Positions 24,900 to 36,078 of a DNA stretch of 38,812 nucleotides are shown one piece after another. Below the pieces are notes generated by a model. It was given only the letters and a program-made list of their open reading frames with translations. It had not been told where the DNA came from and made no database searches. The position numbers and the translations under genes were made by a program. Numbering within the stretch: position 1 is the stretch's first letter; every line of letters begins with the position of its first letter. Source of the stretch: Chiloscyllium plagiosum (lineage: Eukaryota); contig NW_025214906.1 of the NCBI RefSeq assembly GCF_004010195.1, positions 1 to 38,812 of the forward strand, in the 5' to 3' direction.

Positions 24900-27800
24900 G
24901 AAGGAGGTAGTAACTAGATAATGAAATCAGCACGATTAAGGGGAAGAATAGACAGGAAGCAGAGGATAAACACAGAGGGGCTGGTAGTTTAAATGAAGAA
25001 GTATAGTCGGTAAGGCAGATGAACTTAGGGCTTGGAATAGTGCCTGGGAATATATTCCTATTGCTATTACTGAGACTTGGTGGAGGGAATGGCGTGATTG
25101 GCAACTAAATATCCCAAGACATTAATGCTTCAGGTGGGGTAGAGAGGAAGGTAAAGGGATGGAAGGAAGCGTTACTGGTCAAAGAAGATATCATAGTTGT
25201 GCTGAAGGAGGGCACAATGGAAGATTCGAGCAGTGAGGCAATATGGGCAGAGCTCAGAAATAGAAAGGGTGCGTTAACAATGCAGGGCCTCCCAACACCC
25301 AGCATGAGATAGACGGACAAATATGTAGATAGATCATAGAAAGATATAAGAGCAACAGCTGGTGGTGATGGGAGATTTTAATTTTCCCAACATTGACTGG
25401 GATTCATTTAGTGTTAGAGGTCTAGACGGAGCATAATTTGTAAGGAGCGTCCAGGCGCGTTTTCTAGAGCAGTATAGAAATGGTTCAACTGGCGAAGCGG
25501 CCATACTAGACCTGGTAGGGAAATGAGCCCGTCCAGGTGGTTGAAGTTTCAGTAGAGGATTACATTGGAAACAATGATCACAATTCCATAGTTTTACAAT
25601 AGTCATGGACAAAGATGAGAGTGGTCCTAAAGGAAGAGCGTTAAACCGGGGAAAAGCCAACTATAGCAAACTTCGGCAGGAGCTGGGGAATGTAGATTGG
25701 GAACAGCTGTTTCAAGGGAAATCCACATTCGATATGTTGGTGGCTTTTAAAGAGAGGTTAATTAGAGTTCAGGAGAGATATGTTCCTGTGAAAATGATAG
25801 ATATAAATGGCAAGGTTAGGAAACGATGGATGAAAAGTGATATTGTGAGTCTAGCTAAGAGGAAAAAGGATGCGTACATAATGTCTAGGCGAATGAAGAT
25901 AGAGGAAGCCTTGGAAGAATATCCTGAATGTAGGTCCAATCTGAAATGAGGAATTAAGAGTTCTAAAAGGGGCCATGAGGTATCCTTAGCGAGCAAGATT
26001 AAGTAAAACCTCAAAGCCATTTATTCGTATATAAAGAGCGAGTGGATAACTAGAGAAAGGGTTGAGCCACTCAAGGACAAAGCAGGAAGGATATACTTGT
26101 AGGCAGACAAAATGGGTGAGATTCTTAACGAGTACTTTGTATCGATATTCACCAAGGAGTGGGACATGGCGGATGTTGAGTTTAGTGATAGATCTTTGAT
26201 TCCTCTAGGTCAAGTCAGCGTAAGGAGGGAGGAAGTGTTGTGTATTCTAAAAGGCATTAAGAAGGACAAGTCCCCAGATATGGATGGGACCTACCACAGG
26301 GTACTGAGGGAAGTGAGAGGAAATAGCTGCAGCTTTAACAGATATCCTTGCAGCATCCTTGAACACGGGGGAAGTCCCAGGGGAATGGAGAATTGCTAAT
26401 GGTTTTCCCCTCATTTAAGGAATAATCTAGGTAATTACAGACCTGTCAGCCTGACGTGAGTGGTAGGGAAGCTATTGGAGAAGATACTGAGGAATAGTAT
26501 ATACACCCATTTGAAAGAAAATGGGCTTCTCAGTGATAGGCAGTATGGTTTTGTGCAGTCATTGTCATGGCTTACAAACCTAATAGAAATCTTTGAAGAG
26601 GGGACAAAGTTGATTGATGAGGAAGGCATGTAGATGTCATATACATGGACTTTAGTAAGGCGTTTGATAAATTTCCCCGTGAAAAGCTGATGAGAGGGTG
26701 AAGTCGCATGGGGTCCAGGGTGTTCTAGCTAGATGGATAGAGAACTGGTTGGGCAACAGAAGATAGAGAGCAGTTGTGGAAGGGAGTTTCTCAAAATGGA
26801 GATCTGTGATCAGTGGTGTTCCACCAGGATCCGTGCTGGGAGTACTGTTGTTGTGATATACATAAATGATTTGGCGGAAGGTGCAGGTTCTCTCATTAGG
26901 AAACTTGCAGGTGGCACTAGGATTGGTGGAGTAGCAGGTAATGAAGGGGACTGTCCGAGAATACAACAGAATATAGATAGATTAGAGACTTGGGCAGAGA
27001 AATGGCAGATGGAGTTCGATCTGGAGAAATGCAAGGCGGTGCATTTTGGAAGATGCAATTCAAGACAGAACTTAACAGTAAATGGAAAAATCCTGGGGAA
27101 AATTGGTGTACAGAGAGATCTGGGTGTTCAGGTCCATTGTCCCCTGAAGATGGCAAGGCAGATCAGTGGAGCGAATAAGAAGCATACGGCATGTTTTCCG
27201 TCCTTGGACAGGGTATTGAGTACAAGAGTTGGCAGGTAATGTCACAGTTGTATCAGATTTTGGTTCAGCCACATTTGGAATACTGCATACAGTCTGGTCC
27301 CCCTTAGCAAAATGTGTGGATGATTTCGAGAGGGTGCAGAGGCAGTTCAAAAGGATGTTGCCTGGTATGGAGGGCGCCAGCCATGAAGAGAGATTGAATA
27401 AATTAGGATTATTTTCATTAGAAAGACGGTAGTTGAGGGGGGTCATGATCCCTGGGTGACGAGGGATATTGTGGCTCTGTTAAGGAAAACAAAGAAGGCA
27501 TACATTGGGTTTAAGATATCTGGCTCAAGTCAATCCTTAGATGACTACACAAAGTGTAGAAGCACCTTTACGAGGGGAATCAGAACCGCAAAAAGATGGT
27601 ATGAGATGGATCTTTCATAAAAAGGTTAAATATAAGCCCAAAAAGGTCCCTAGCTATATTAATAGTAGACGTGTGGCATGGGAGAGAATAGGTCCCCTTA
27701 ACGATCAGCATGGCAGTCCTTGTGTGGAATCACCAGGAGGTGGTGGGAATTTTTTAAACGAATATTTCTTATCCATGTTTACTTAAAGCACAATAATGTG

Positions 27801-28344
27801 GATAAATTCCCTGGGCATGTGCATGTCCGTCCTCGGATGTTATGGGAGACGAGGGAAGAAATTGCAGAGGCCCTTGCAGAGATTTGTGCTTCATCTTTTG
27901 CTAATGGAGATGTTCCAGAAGACTGGAGGGTGGCTAATGTTGTTCCATTGCTTCAGAAAAGTAGCAAAGACAAACCAAGGAACGTCAGTGAACGTAATAT
28001 CAGTGTTAGGCAAGTTTTTGCAGAGGGTAATAAGAGATAGGATCAACCAACATTTGGATAGTCAAGGTCTGGTTAGGGATAGACAGGTAGATTTCTGTGC
28101 GGGAAATCATGTCTGACAAATCTTTTAGAGTGTTTCAAAGAGGTAACCGTGAGGATAGACAAGGGTAGGACAGTTGAGGATCTGTATTTGGACTTTCATA
28201 AGGCTTTTGACATAGGGCAGGTTGGTCAGTTATTTTTCGTTACGTGGGACCCAGAGAGAGCTAGCTAATTGGATTCAAAATTGGCTCGATTGTAGGAAGC
28301 AGAGGATGTTGGAAGCAGAGGATTGTTTCTCAGACTGAAGGCTT

Positions 28345-28420
28345 TTTTTTCCTTTTTCTTTTTTTTTGTACAAATCTTTATTCAGCATCCACCACCAGGC
28401 AGAAAGGAAACACCTGAGTG
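28345..28420 (-). mobile_element. 76-bp poly(A)-tailed retroposed insertion with a 14-bp TSD
   Basis: TSD cagactgaaggctt at 28331-28344 and 28421-28434. The minus strand has AATAAA followed by an A-rich tail. Confidence 0.85.
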
Positions 28421-28529
28421 CAGACTGAAGGCTTATAGCTAATGGTGTGCCACAGGAGTGGGTGCTGAGACCTTTGTCATTTGTTATTTACATAAATGAC
28501 CTGGATGTGAATATACAAGGCATGATGAG

Positions 28530-29080
28530 GACCATAAGACATAGGAACAGAAATTAAAATATTCAGCCCATCGAGTCTGCTCCTCTATTCAGTCATAGAT
28601 GATACGTTTCTCAACCCCATTCTTCTATTTTTTCGCCATGACCCTTGATCCACTTGACAATCAAGAAGCTGTCCATCTCAGTCTTATATATAATCAGTAA
28701 CCTGGCCTCAACAGCCTTCTGTGACATTGAATTCCATGGATTCACCACTCTCTGGCTGAAGAAATTTCTCCTTATCTCCGTTGTAAAAGCTGTTCCTTTT
28801 ACTCTAAGGCTGTGCCCTCGGGTCCTAGTCTCTCCTACAAATGGGAACATCTTCACAACATCTATTCTGTCCAGACTATTCAGTATTCGGTATGTTTCAA
28901 TTAGGTCTCCCCCCATCCTTCTAAAATCCATTGAGTACAGATCCAGAGTCCACAAATGTTCCTCATGCGTAAAGCTTTTCATTCCTGGAACCAGTCTCGT
29001 GAAACGCCTCTGAACAAGTTCCAAGGCCAGTGCATCTGCTCTGTGATATGGGGCCCAAAACTGCACAACATATTCCAAGT
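28530..29080 (-). mobile_element. CR1 3' end inserted in the opposite orientation
   Basis: ORF 28611-29078 'EYVVQFWAPYHR...VQRRFTRLVPGM...RTRGHSLRV...FFSQRVVN'. Confidence 0.85.
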
Positions 29081-30017
29081 ACTCCCAAGAAGGTTACTAC
29101 ACTTACGGATGATACTAAATTAGGAGGCATCGTTGATAGCAATGAACGTTATCAGAAATTAAAGAGGGATTTTAATCTGATGGGGAAGTGAGTTGAGGAT
29201 TGGCAATTGCAATTATATACAGATAAGTGGGAGTTGTTACACTTTGGAAAGTAAAACAAAAATAGGACTTGTACAGTAAATGGTTAGTTTCTGTGGAGTG
29301 TTGTGGAACAGAAAGACCTCGGACCACAAGTCCATATTTCATTGAAAGCGGCATCACGGGTAGACAGAGTGATAAAGAAGGCATTTAGCATGCTGGCCTT
29401 CATCGTTCAAGGCATTGAATGTAGGAGTTGGGACACTATGCTACCATTCTGTAAGTCGTTGGTGAGGCCACACTTTGAGTATTGTGTACAGTTTTGGTCA
29501 CCCTGTTAACCTGAAAAGTGTGCAAATAAGTTTGACAAGAATATTGTCAGGACTAATAGGCTAGAGTTATAGGGAAGGGGATGGCCAGGTTCGGATATCA
29601 TTCTTGGAACGTAGGAGAATGAGGGCGTGTTTTTAAGGAAATGCATAATATCATGAGGGCCATAGATAGGATGAATGCATATAGTCATTTTCCCAGTGAT
29701 GAGGGATTGAAAACTACAGGGCATAGGTTTAAGATGAGAGGGGAAAGATCTAAGAAGGACCTGAGGGGCAACTTCATTATGCACAGAATGTTTTTGACAT
29801 GGAATGGGCTGCCATAAAAATGGGTTGAGATAAGAACAAGAGCAACATGTAAAAAATGAATTGCTACATAGATGGGAAGGGTTGAGAGCAATATGGTTCA
29901 AATGAGGGCAATTGGAATTAGTTGAGTGGGCAGCATGGTCAGCACGGACGAGTTTGGGCCGAAGATCCAGTTCCCATGCTCAATCACTATATGATACAAT
30001 GACACTCCATTTAAATC

Positions 30018-30340
30018 AGTGACACAGTGACACTGTGGGTTACACCAGCCAATATCACGTCACTTTCAGGGGGACACTCTGGGCTACATCAGCTCACACC
30101 ATGTCACTGTCAGCGGGACACTCCAATTTACACAAGCCCACACGATGTCACTGTCAGGGGAACACTCTGTTCTACACTAGCCCACACCATGTCACTCTCA
30201 AGGAACCACTCTGGGCTATATCATCCACACCATGTCACTGTCAAGGGCACACTCTGGGCTATACATTCACACCATGTCACTGTTAGGAGGACACTCTGGG
30301 CTATACCATCCCACACCATATTTCTCTCAGGGCGACACTC
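30018..30340 (+). repeat. Minisatellite, ~42-45 bp unit (cacaccatgtcactgtcagggggacactctgggctata), ~7 copies
   Basis: Direct inspection. Confidence 0.9.
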
Positions 30341-31647
30341 GTGAATACAGCAACCCACATCATCTCTCCATGCAGTGCCTTCTATCATTTGATTGTCGAA
30401 GGTGCAGATGTTATCCACCTGCTTGGTAATATTCCCTATGAGGTCAGTAATCCCCATCATACACTTGCTCTTTACTATGGAACAAATCCAACCCTCTTTG
30501 CCGTGTAGGTAGTCGAGGGCATACCGGTTTTGCTGGGAAGATTGACGTCATTCTGAGAACATGTCCTTACCTCCTGCCATGTTCAAGCGGTCTCCTTGCC
30601 CTAGAAGATAAGACCACAAATAAGATAGTTTCAATTTTGTTGGCTAATAATTCCTGCAGATCCTCCTCAGGAAAAGGTACTGAGAAATGTGTAAGCCAGA
30701 AACTGGGCTTTACTGTTAGCCAAAGCCTTACCACCCCTTCAATGCGCGCAGAATACAGGTGAAACTGAACGTTTTGTCGGGAAACCCCAACCACATTCCC
30801 AGGTAGTTGGACAGGGAACAGTAGTATTGAAAACTGCCCCTACAGGTACAGCACAGGGATTACCTATTTCATTAAGAACAATGAAGTTAGTCACTTGGTC
30901 TTGGCTGAAAAAAATAATATCTGGCTTTAGTTTAGATAATGGACGGGGCTTCCCAATAAGAAACAGGCCTGTCTTTGTGACTACCCTGAAAGTATGGGTA
31001 GGAAAAAGTGAGCACTGCAGATGTTGGAGATCAGAGCTGAAATATGTGTTGCTGGAAAAGCGCAGCAGGTCAGGCAGCATCCATTGAGCAGGAGAATCGA
31101 CGTTTCGGGCATAAGCCCTTTTTCAGGAATGAAGAAGGGCTTATGCCCGAAACGTCGATTCTCCTGCTCTTTGGATTCTGCCTGACCTGCTTTGCTTTTC
31201 CAGCAACACATTTTTCAGCTCTGAAAGTGTGGGTAGTCCATAGTTACAAAATATAGACGCACTGGGCTCTTAGGCTGAATGCTGTTCAATACAAAATGAT
31301 GGGTCTTTCAGTAAGAGATGTGATCATTGTCCCAGGATGGTTCCTTCCATCCCACGATTAAGAAGATGGAGGTGCCATTAGGGGTCTCATAGTAAGGTGT
31401 GAGCCATTACCAGTATCACAAAGAGCCTGAATACCCACAATACCAGACAGACACTCCTCCAATAGGCACGCACATGTGATGCGAGGCGCCACAGGGAAGC
31501 AGTAGCGTTTGGTACATTGGACCAAGGCACATGGAATAAACTTAGTCGCATTCAAATAAGTGCACCCCCATCCCGTACAGCTGTAACAAAATGGCTTCCC
31601 GGACTTATTAGGGGAAATCCAAAGGCAGCTAGCAGGTGGGGAAAAAT
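30341..31647 (-). pseudogene. env: Decayed retroviral env (Cys-rich SU; TM with immunosuppressive domain)
   Basis: 'QQNRYALDYLHGKEGWICSIVKSKC' (30461-30535) matches the ISD-CX6C pattern (LQNRxxLDxLxxxxGxxC). A basic cleavage-like 'KR|SVSP' lies at ~30770. Upstream SU is Cys-rich: 'FCYSCTGWGCTYLNATKFIPC'. Stops and frameshifts throughout. Confidence 0.8.
31002..31224. mobile_element. Palindromic mini-Penelope insertion (two inverted pLTR halves) inside env
   Basis: ~31029-31124 and ~31130-31224 are inverted repeats. TSD with one mismatch: ctgaaagtatgggtag (30986-31001) / ctgaaagtgtgggtag (31221-31236). Confidence 0.85.
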
Positions 31648-31870
31648 AAAAGTGAAGACAAATAGGTGCTGACTGTCTTCATGAAGAGGCAGAGAAAAAA
31701 AAAGCATGTTGCAGGTCGACAACAGTAAAACATTTAGCGTCTAATAGTACCAAGGCCAGAATATGAGCTGGATTTAGCACCAAGGCATGATCAAACTGTG
31801 CAATACCATTGATAGCTCTTAAATCTGAAACCAGTCGATACTGGTCTGGCGTGCCAGATTTTTGGACATC
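31648..31870 (-). pseudogene. pol: Retroviral reverse transcriptase fragment (N-terminal conserved blocks)
   Basis: VQKSGTPDQYRLVSDLRAINGIAQFDHALVLNPAHILALVLLDAKCFTVVDLQHAFF/SLPLHEDSQHLFVFTF, with one frameshift in a T run. Confidence 0.9.
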
Positions 31871-32094
31871 TTCCTGGAGTCCCTGACTCCTTTTTTGCGT
31901 TTCACAATGTATTCTTACCAGGACATTTTCGGGCTGGACTTGGACGATAGAGAGCGAGGGGTCGAGTCAACCACGTTTGAATATGAGGAAAACCAAACGG
32001 AGAAAATATTCACGTCTGGCCGGCCAATTTCTCTTCATTCAACAGTGAAGGACTGAAAGCTCTTATACCATTGTCCGCAATCCGTCCATACCGA

Positions 32095-32112
32095 ATCCGG
32101 ATCACGAGACCA
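32095..32112 (-). promoter_or_regulatory. Primer-binding site, tRNA-His-like
   Basis: TGGTCTCGTGATCCGGAT vs tRNA-His PBS TGGTGCCGTGACTCGGAT (14/18, match continues TCG). It lies 2 nt after the LTR-terminal CA. Confidence 0.7.
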
Positions 32113-32114
32113 GA

Positions 32115-32744
32115 TGAAGATTTGTACCTCGGCAACGTCTCTCGGTTCCACGATCGGTCGTAATTCATCTGGCTGTTAAGACTTCACTCTTTAGTTTTCA
32201 TATGGCCGAGTCCAGAGCGTGCAGAAACACAGAAGTTATACATTTCCGTGTTCCGTGGAGAAACTGTGCAGAAAGCTTAAACCAAGGACATGATCAATTA
32301 TTACATTCGGGCAATTATCAATAAATGTACGATATTGATTTATGTGAAAGTTCCTTGGTCTAATGATATTTCCTGGAACCAACTTTATTTTCCAACAATC
32401 AGGTCACCCTTATTTAACTAGCACAGCCATTGCACCTGCACCTAAAGGTCGGCTAAAACTGTCTTATCTAGCTGAGTTATTTCTATGCTTTAAAGGACAC
32501 ATTTTCTGCTAAACACTACTGAAGCAGTCTGTTCTTAGTCGCTTATTCAGAATTAGCAGTTGGTAACTTAAAAGCCATTTTCTACCAAAGCCAATTGCAG
32601 AATTGTCAGTTTGCAGCCTAGAAGGCATTTTGTCATGTTATTTGCACCAGGAAGCCATCTTGTTGTAACCTAGGTTACGAAGAGCATCTGTTAAATGGTT
32701 GCCCCTGACTACAACCGGTCACCTCAGCCTGTATTTAGATGTCA
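32115..32744 (-). repeat. 5' LTR of the ERV (~630 bp; outer boundary approximate)
   Basis: TGA...TCA termini, non-coding, directly upstream of the PBS. Confidence 0.6.
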
Positions 32745-33735
32745 GATCCAAACCTGTCCCTCTGTAACAGGTTCAAGAGGCTGAATGGCCTCCTTCTATC
32801 CCTGTGTAACAGACTGCACCGGCTGAATGGCCTCCTCCTATCCCTATGAACTGACTAGAGAGGCTGAATGGCCTTGTCCTATCCCTTTATAACACATTCA
32901 AGAGGCTGAATGGCCTCCTCCTGTCCCTCTGTAACAGTCCCGAGACATTAAATGACACAGCAATCTGTGGATTAAGAGAGGCTGGCAAACTGTATCGAAT
33001 GATGGTCCCTCCATTCTCAGTTACAGAGACATAAAGAACACAATTTACTCCAGGTGCCCTCTCAGTAACAACTCATTCAGCTGCAGTAACACTTCTCTTC
33101 GATAGTTCCCGTTGCATCTTCCCACCTCTTCAAGTGGGAATAGGCTAATGCGGGCTGAATGGCCTCTTCGTATCCCTCTGTAATAGGCGCATTGGGAGAG
33201 AATTGCTTCCCCCGTTCCTGAGTAGCCATCCCAATGCTTTGTCAAAGTTATGAATGGATTTGATAACTGGGCACTTTTACCCAGGAGTAGCCTCACACAA
33301 AGTCGTTGGCCAATAAGTACAGTACCTTGGGTTAAAGTCTCTAGAAATTTCCCCTCCAGTCATCTTTTGTAGCTGCTATGATATTTTATTCCTGTCTCCT
33401 TTATAAACAGGATGGGACTTATACAACCCTGCAGTTTTCCGGCAATACTCTCACATACAAGGAAAAATGATTAAATAGATTGAAAGATTTATGGTCCATC
33501 CGTCAGTAACTCTCATCCATTCCATCCAGACTGAGGAAATGGTGACTTTTACTTTGAAATGAAAAGGGATGTAAGGAAGGGGTTAACAGAGTCTGTTTTA
33601 CGGTAACTGTGGTTAATGCCAATCTTCATGGATTCTAATTATCCCAGTGGAGACTTTACATCTTTTAATGATAAATGGGCTCTGTTCAATGTGTTATCCC
33701 ACAGTAAAAGCAGGAGCATTACCGACTGCACTAAC

Positions 33736-33947
33736 ATGGATCAGCAGCTCCAGAGAGAAGGGGAGGAGAGATCAGAATCTGGGAACATTAGACTGGAAAG
33801 TTCCAACAATGGACAGGAGTTTATCCTCTGATTTTTCTATTCTTTCTCCATATTATGATGGGTTGTCATTATCATGGCGGATCTATTATGCTCTTTGCAT
33901 TATTCAATACTTTTATTATCCTCTCCTGTCTATCGTTGGTGTCCCTG
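33736..33947 (+). pseudogene. First coding exon (type A) of a GPR139-like GPCR, right-arm copy; frameshifted and donor mutated
   Basis: MDQQL then a +1 shift relative to the left copy. The downstream frame from ATG 33809 reads MDRSLSSDFSILSPYYDGLSLSWRIYYALCIIQYFYYPLLSIVGVP-G|ATAAGT. Confidence 0.7.
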
Positions 33948-34485
33948 ATAAGTCTCACTCTCCAGCTATTTTTTCTATAAACCAGTTATGACTGCATTAC
34001 TGTTCTTTCATAAAGTCTACATGTCTTGCCACCATTATTGTTCCTGTTGAGATCCTGAATCCAGATATTAACTCCACAGACTAGAACTAACTGCATCACT
34101 GAACTTGTTCAATTACTAACTCCATCCTTGCTTCTGGCAGTGTTACTCATCGGTCTCTATGTTAACCTACTCAGCGGTGAACCATTACCTCACTGACCTT
34201 GCTATTTAAATATTGGGAGCATGGGCGTCACTGCCTTCTGTTACGGTGACAAACTCCGTTTCCATCATCTGATTCCAAACCATCCTTAACCAAGAGCTTT
34301 GTAAAATACATTTGTGGGACTTAGTCATCGCTGGCTGGCGTGCATTTATATCTCATCCCACTTTGTCTTTGAGGAGGTGGTGGTGAGCTGTCTTCTTCAA
34401 TCACTGCAGTCCACTCGCTGTTGGTTGACCAATTGCAGTATTTCAGGAGGGAATTTCAGGATATTGATTCAACGATTGTGAGGGA

Positions 34486-35323
34486 ATGGCGGTAGTGCCA
34501 GAAGACTGGAGGAGAGCAAATGTTGACCCCTTGTTGAAGAACGGGCGTAAATACAACCGTGGAAATTATAGACCAGTGAGCTTTGCTTCGGTTGTGGGTA
34601 GAGTATTGGGCAAGGTTACAAGAGAAAGTCCTTATAAAAATCTGGAGAGGAATACCTTGATTCGGGATAGTCAACACGGTTTTGTGAACTGTAGGATGTG
34701 CCACACAAACCTTATTGAGTTCTTTGAGAAGGTGACCAAACCACTGATTGAGGGTAAAGTGGCTGATGTGGTGTATATGGATTTCAGTAAGGTGTTTGAT
34801 AAGGTTCCCCACGGTGGGCTATTGCACAAAATGCAGAGGCATGGGATTGGGGGCGATTTAACGGTTTGTATCAGACATTGTCTCGTTAATAGAAGACAGA
34901 GGGTGGAGATTGATGGGAAATGAGCATCCTGGAGTTCAGTTACTAGTGCTAAACCGCAAGGATCTGATTTGGGGTCATTGTTGTTTGTCATTTTTATATA
35001 TGACCTAGATGAAGGCGGAGGAGGATGGTTTAGTAAATTTGAAGATGGCACTAAGGCTGTTGGAGTTGTGGATAGTGCTGAAAGATGCTGCAGGTTACAC
35101 AGCGGCATAAATAGGCTGTACAGCTGTGCTGAGAGGTTGAAAATGGAGTTTAATGCGTAAAAGTGTGAGGTGATGCACTTCAGAAGGAGGAACAGGAATT
35201 AGGAGTACCGGGCAAATGGGAAGATTCATGGTATGAGGATGAGCAGAGAGATTTCGGTGTCTATATGCAGAGATCCTTGAAAGCTGCCACCCAGGTTGTT
35301 AGAGTTGTTAAGAAGGCATACGG
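34486..35323 (+). mobile_element. CR1 RT fragment (mirror of 11293-12120)
   Basis: 'VPEDWRRANV...NYRPVS...YMDFSKVFDKVPH'. Confidence 0.85.
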
Positions 35324-35989
35324 TGGGGTGGATTCAAGATAGTGGCAATTCCGTAGGTCTGCCCTGCTGGGCTGTGCACCAGGACCCAGACAAAGTGGGG
35401 CACTCACTCTCGCTTTATTAGTCATTGCGGTCGAAATCATTAGTTTTTGATCCTGAATTGCTGTGTTTAAAATTGTTAGCAAAATGACTAAAGGGAAGGG
35501 ACTGCGAGGATGGCAACAAGCAGGACACTCTCCTGTAGCAAGGGACACATCTGCGGCCACATCATCAACCTCGGCGAGCGTTCCCGGGGACTCAGCTGTG
35601 GAGCACAGCCTGGTCTTGGAGTTGGTGAAACTCTGAGAGAAGATCAATTCAGCGATTGAGGAGACCCGGGACAGGCTTGAACCGATCTCATTCATGCTGC
35701 AGTAGCGTGACCAGGAGATCCGGCCTCTCAGGCAGCACATCATAGAGGTGGAGCAACGGACTGCAGCCTCTGAAACCGCGGTGGAATCCTTGGCGTGGCA
35801 GTCCAGGCCCTGGAACATCAGGTACGGGTTTTGGAAGAGCAGGTCGATGAGCTCGAAAATCAAGGCTATCAGAAGAACATCAGCCTGGTCAGGCTGCAGG
35901 AACAGGAAGAGGGATGCCAGTTGGTCAGCTTGTTGGAGCAATGGCTCCGCAGGTTTTGAAGCTAGGAGTCGGCCCGGGTTCGGATGAGT
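35324..35989 (+). mobile_element. L1 5'UTR/ORF1 fragment (mirror of ~10620-11292), truncated by a deletion
   Basis: Reverse complement of the left-arm L1 5' end. Confidence 0.85.
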
Positions 35990-36078
35990 TGAAACTTTAT
36001 TGCTGGAACAGCACAGCAGGTCAGGCAGCATCCAGGGAACAGGAGATTCGACGTTTCGGGCACAGGCCCTTCTTCAGG
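35990..36078 (-). mobile_element. Penelope pLTR fragment with an intact minimal hammerhead core (36050-36077)
   Basis: Minus strand CUGAAGA-A-GGGC(CUGU)GCCC-GAAA-C-GUC followed by 'gaatctcctgttccctggatgctgcctgacctgctgtg'. Absent from the left arm. Confidence 0.75.

Larger units (their letters stand above)
24380..27450 (+). mobile_element. Decayed CR1 LINE (end of ORF1 and ORF2), interrupted by a Penelope pLTR
   Basis: 'WCRREGFGFLGHWDRFWGR', 'GDFNFPNIDW', 'EILNEYFVSIFTKE', 'ERVQRQFKRMLPGM'. Confidence 0.85.
27450..29995 (+). mobile_element. Second decayed CR1 ORF2 through its 3' end, with nested insertions
   Basis: 'VPEDWRVANVVPL', 'LVRPHFEYCVQFWSP'; tail 'gggccgaagatccagttcccatgc'. Confidence 0.8.
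30341..32744 (-). mobile_element. Internally deleted class I (epsilon-like) endogenous retrovirus: 5'LTR-PBS-leader-RT fragment-env
   Basis: See the LTR, PBS, RT and env sub-features. No 3' LTR was found. Confidence 0.85.

Noticed and set aside
30018..30340. Regularly spaced repeats as a CRISPR-like array or His/Cys-rich ORF
   Set aside because: The units are degenerate tandem copies without unique spacers, in a eukaryotic context. The ORFs are repeat translations.
35261..36031. 256-aa minus-strand ORF
   Set aside because: Antisense read-through of the L1 5' region and Penelope/CR1 pieces; not open in the left arm.
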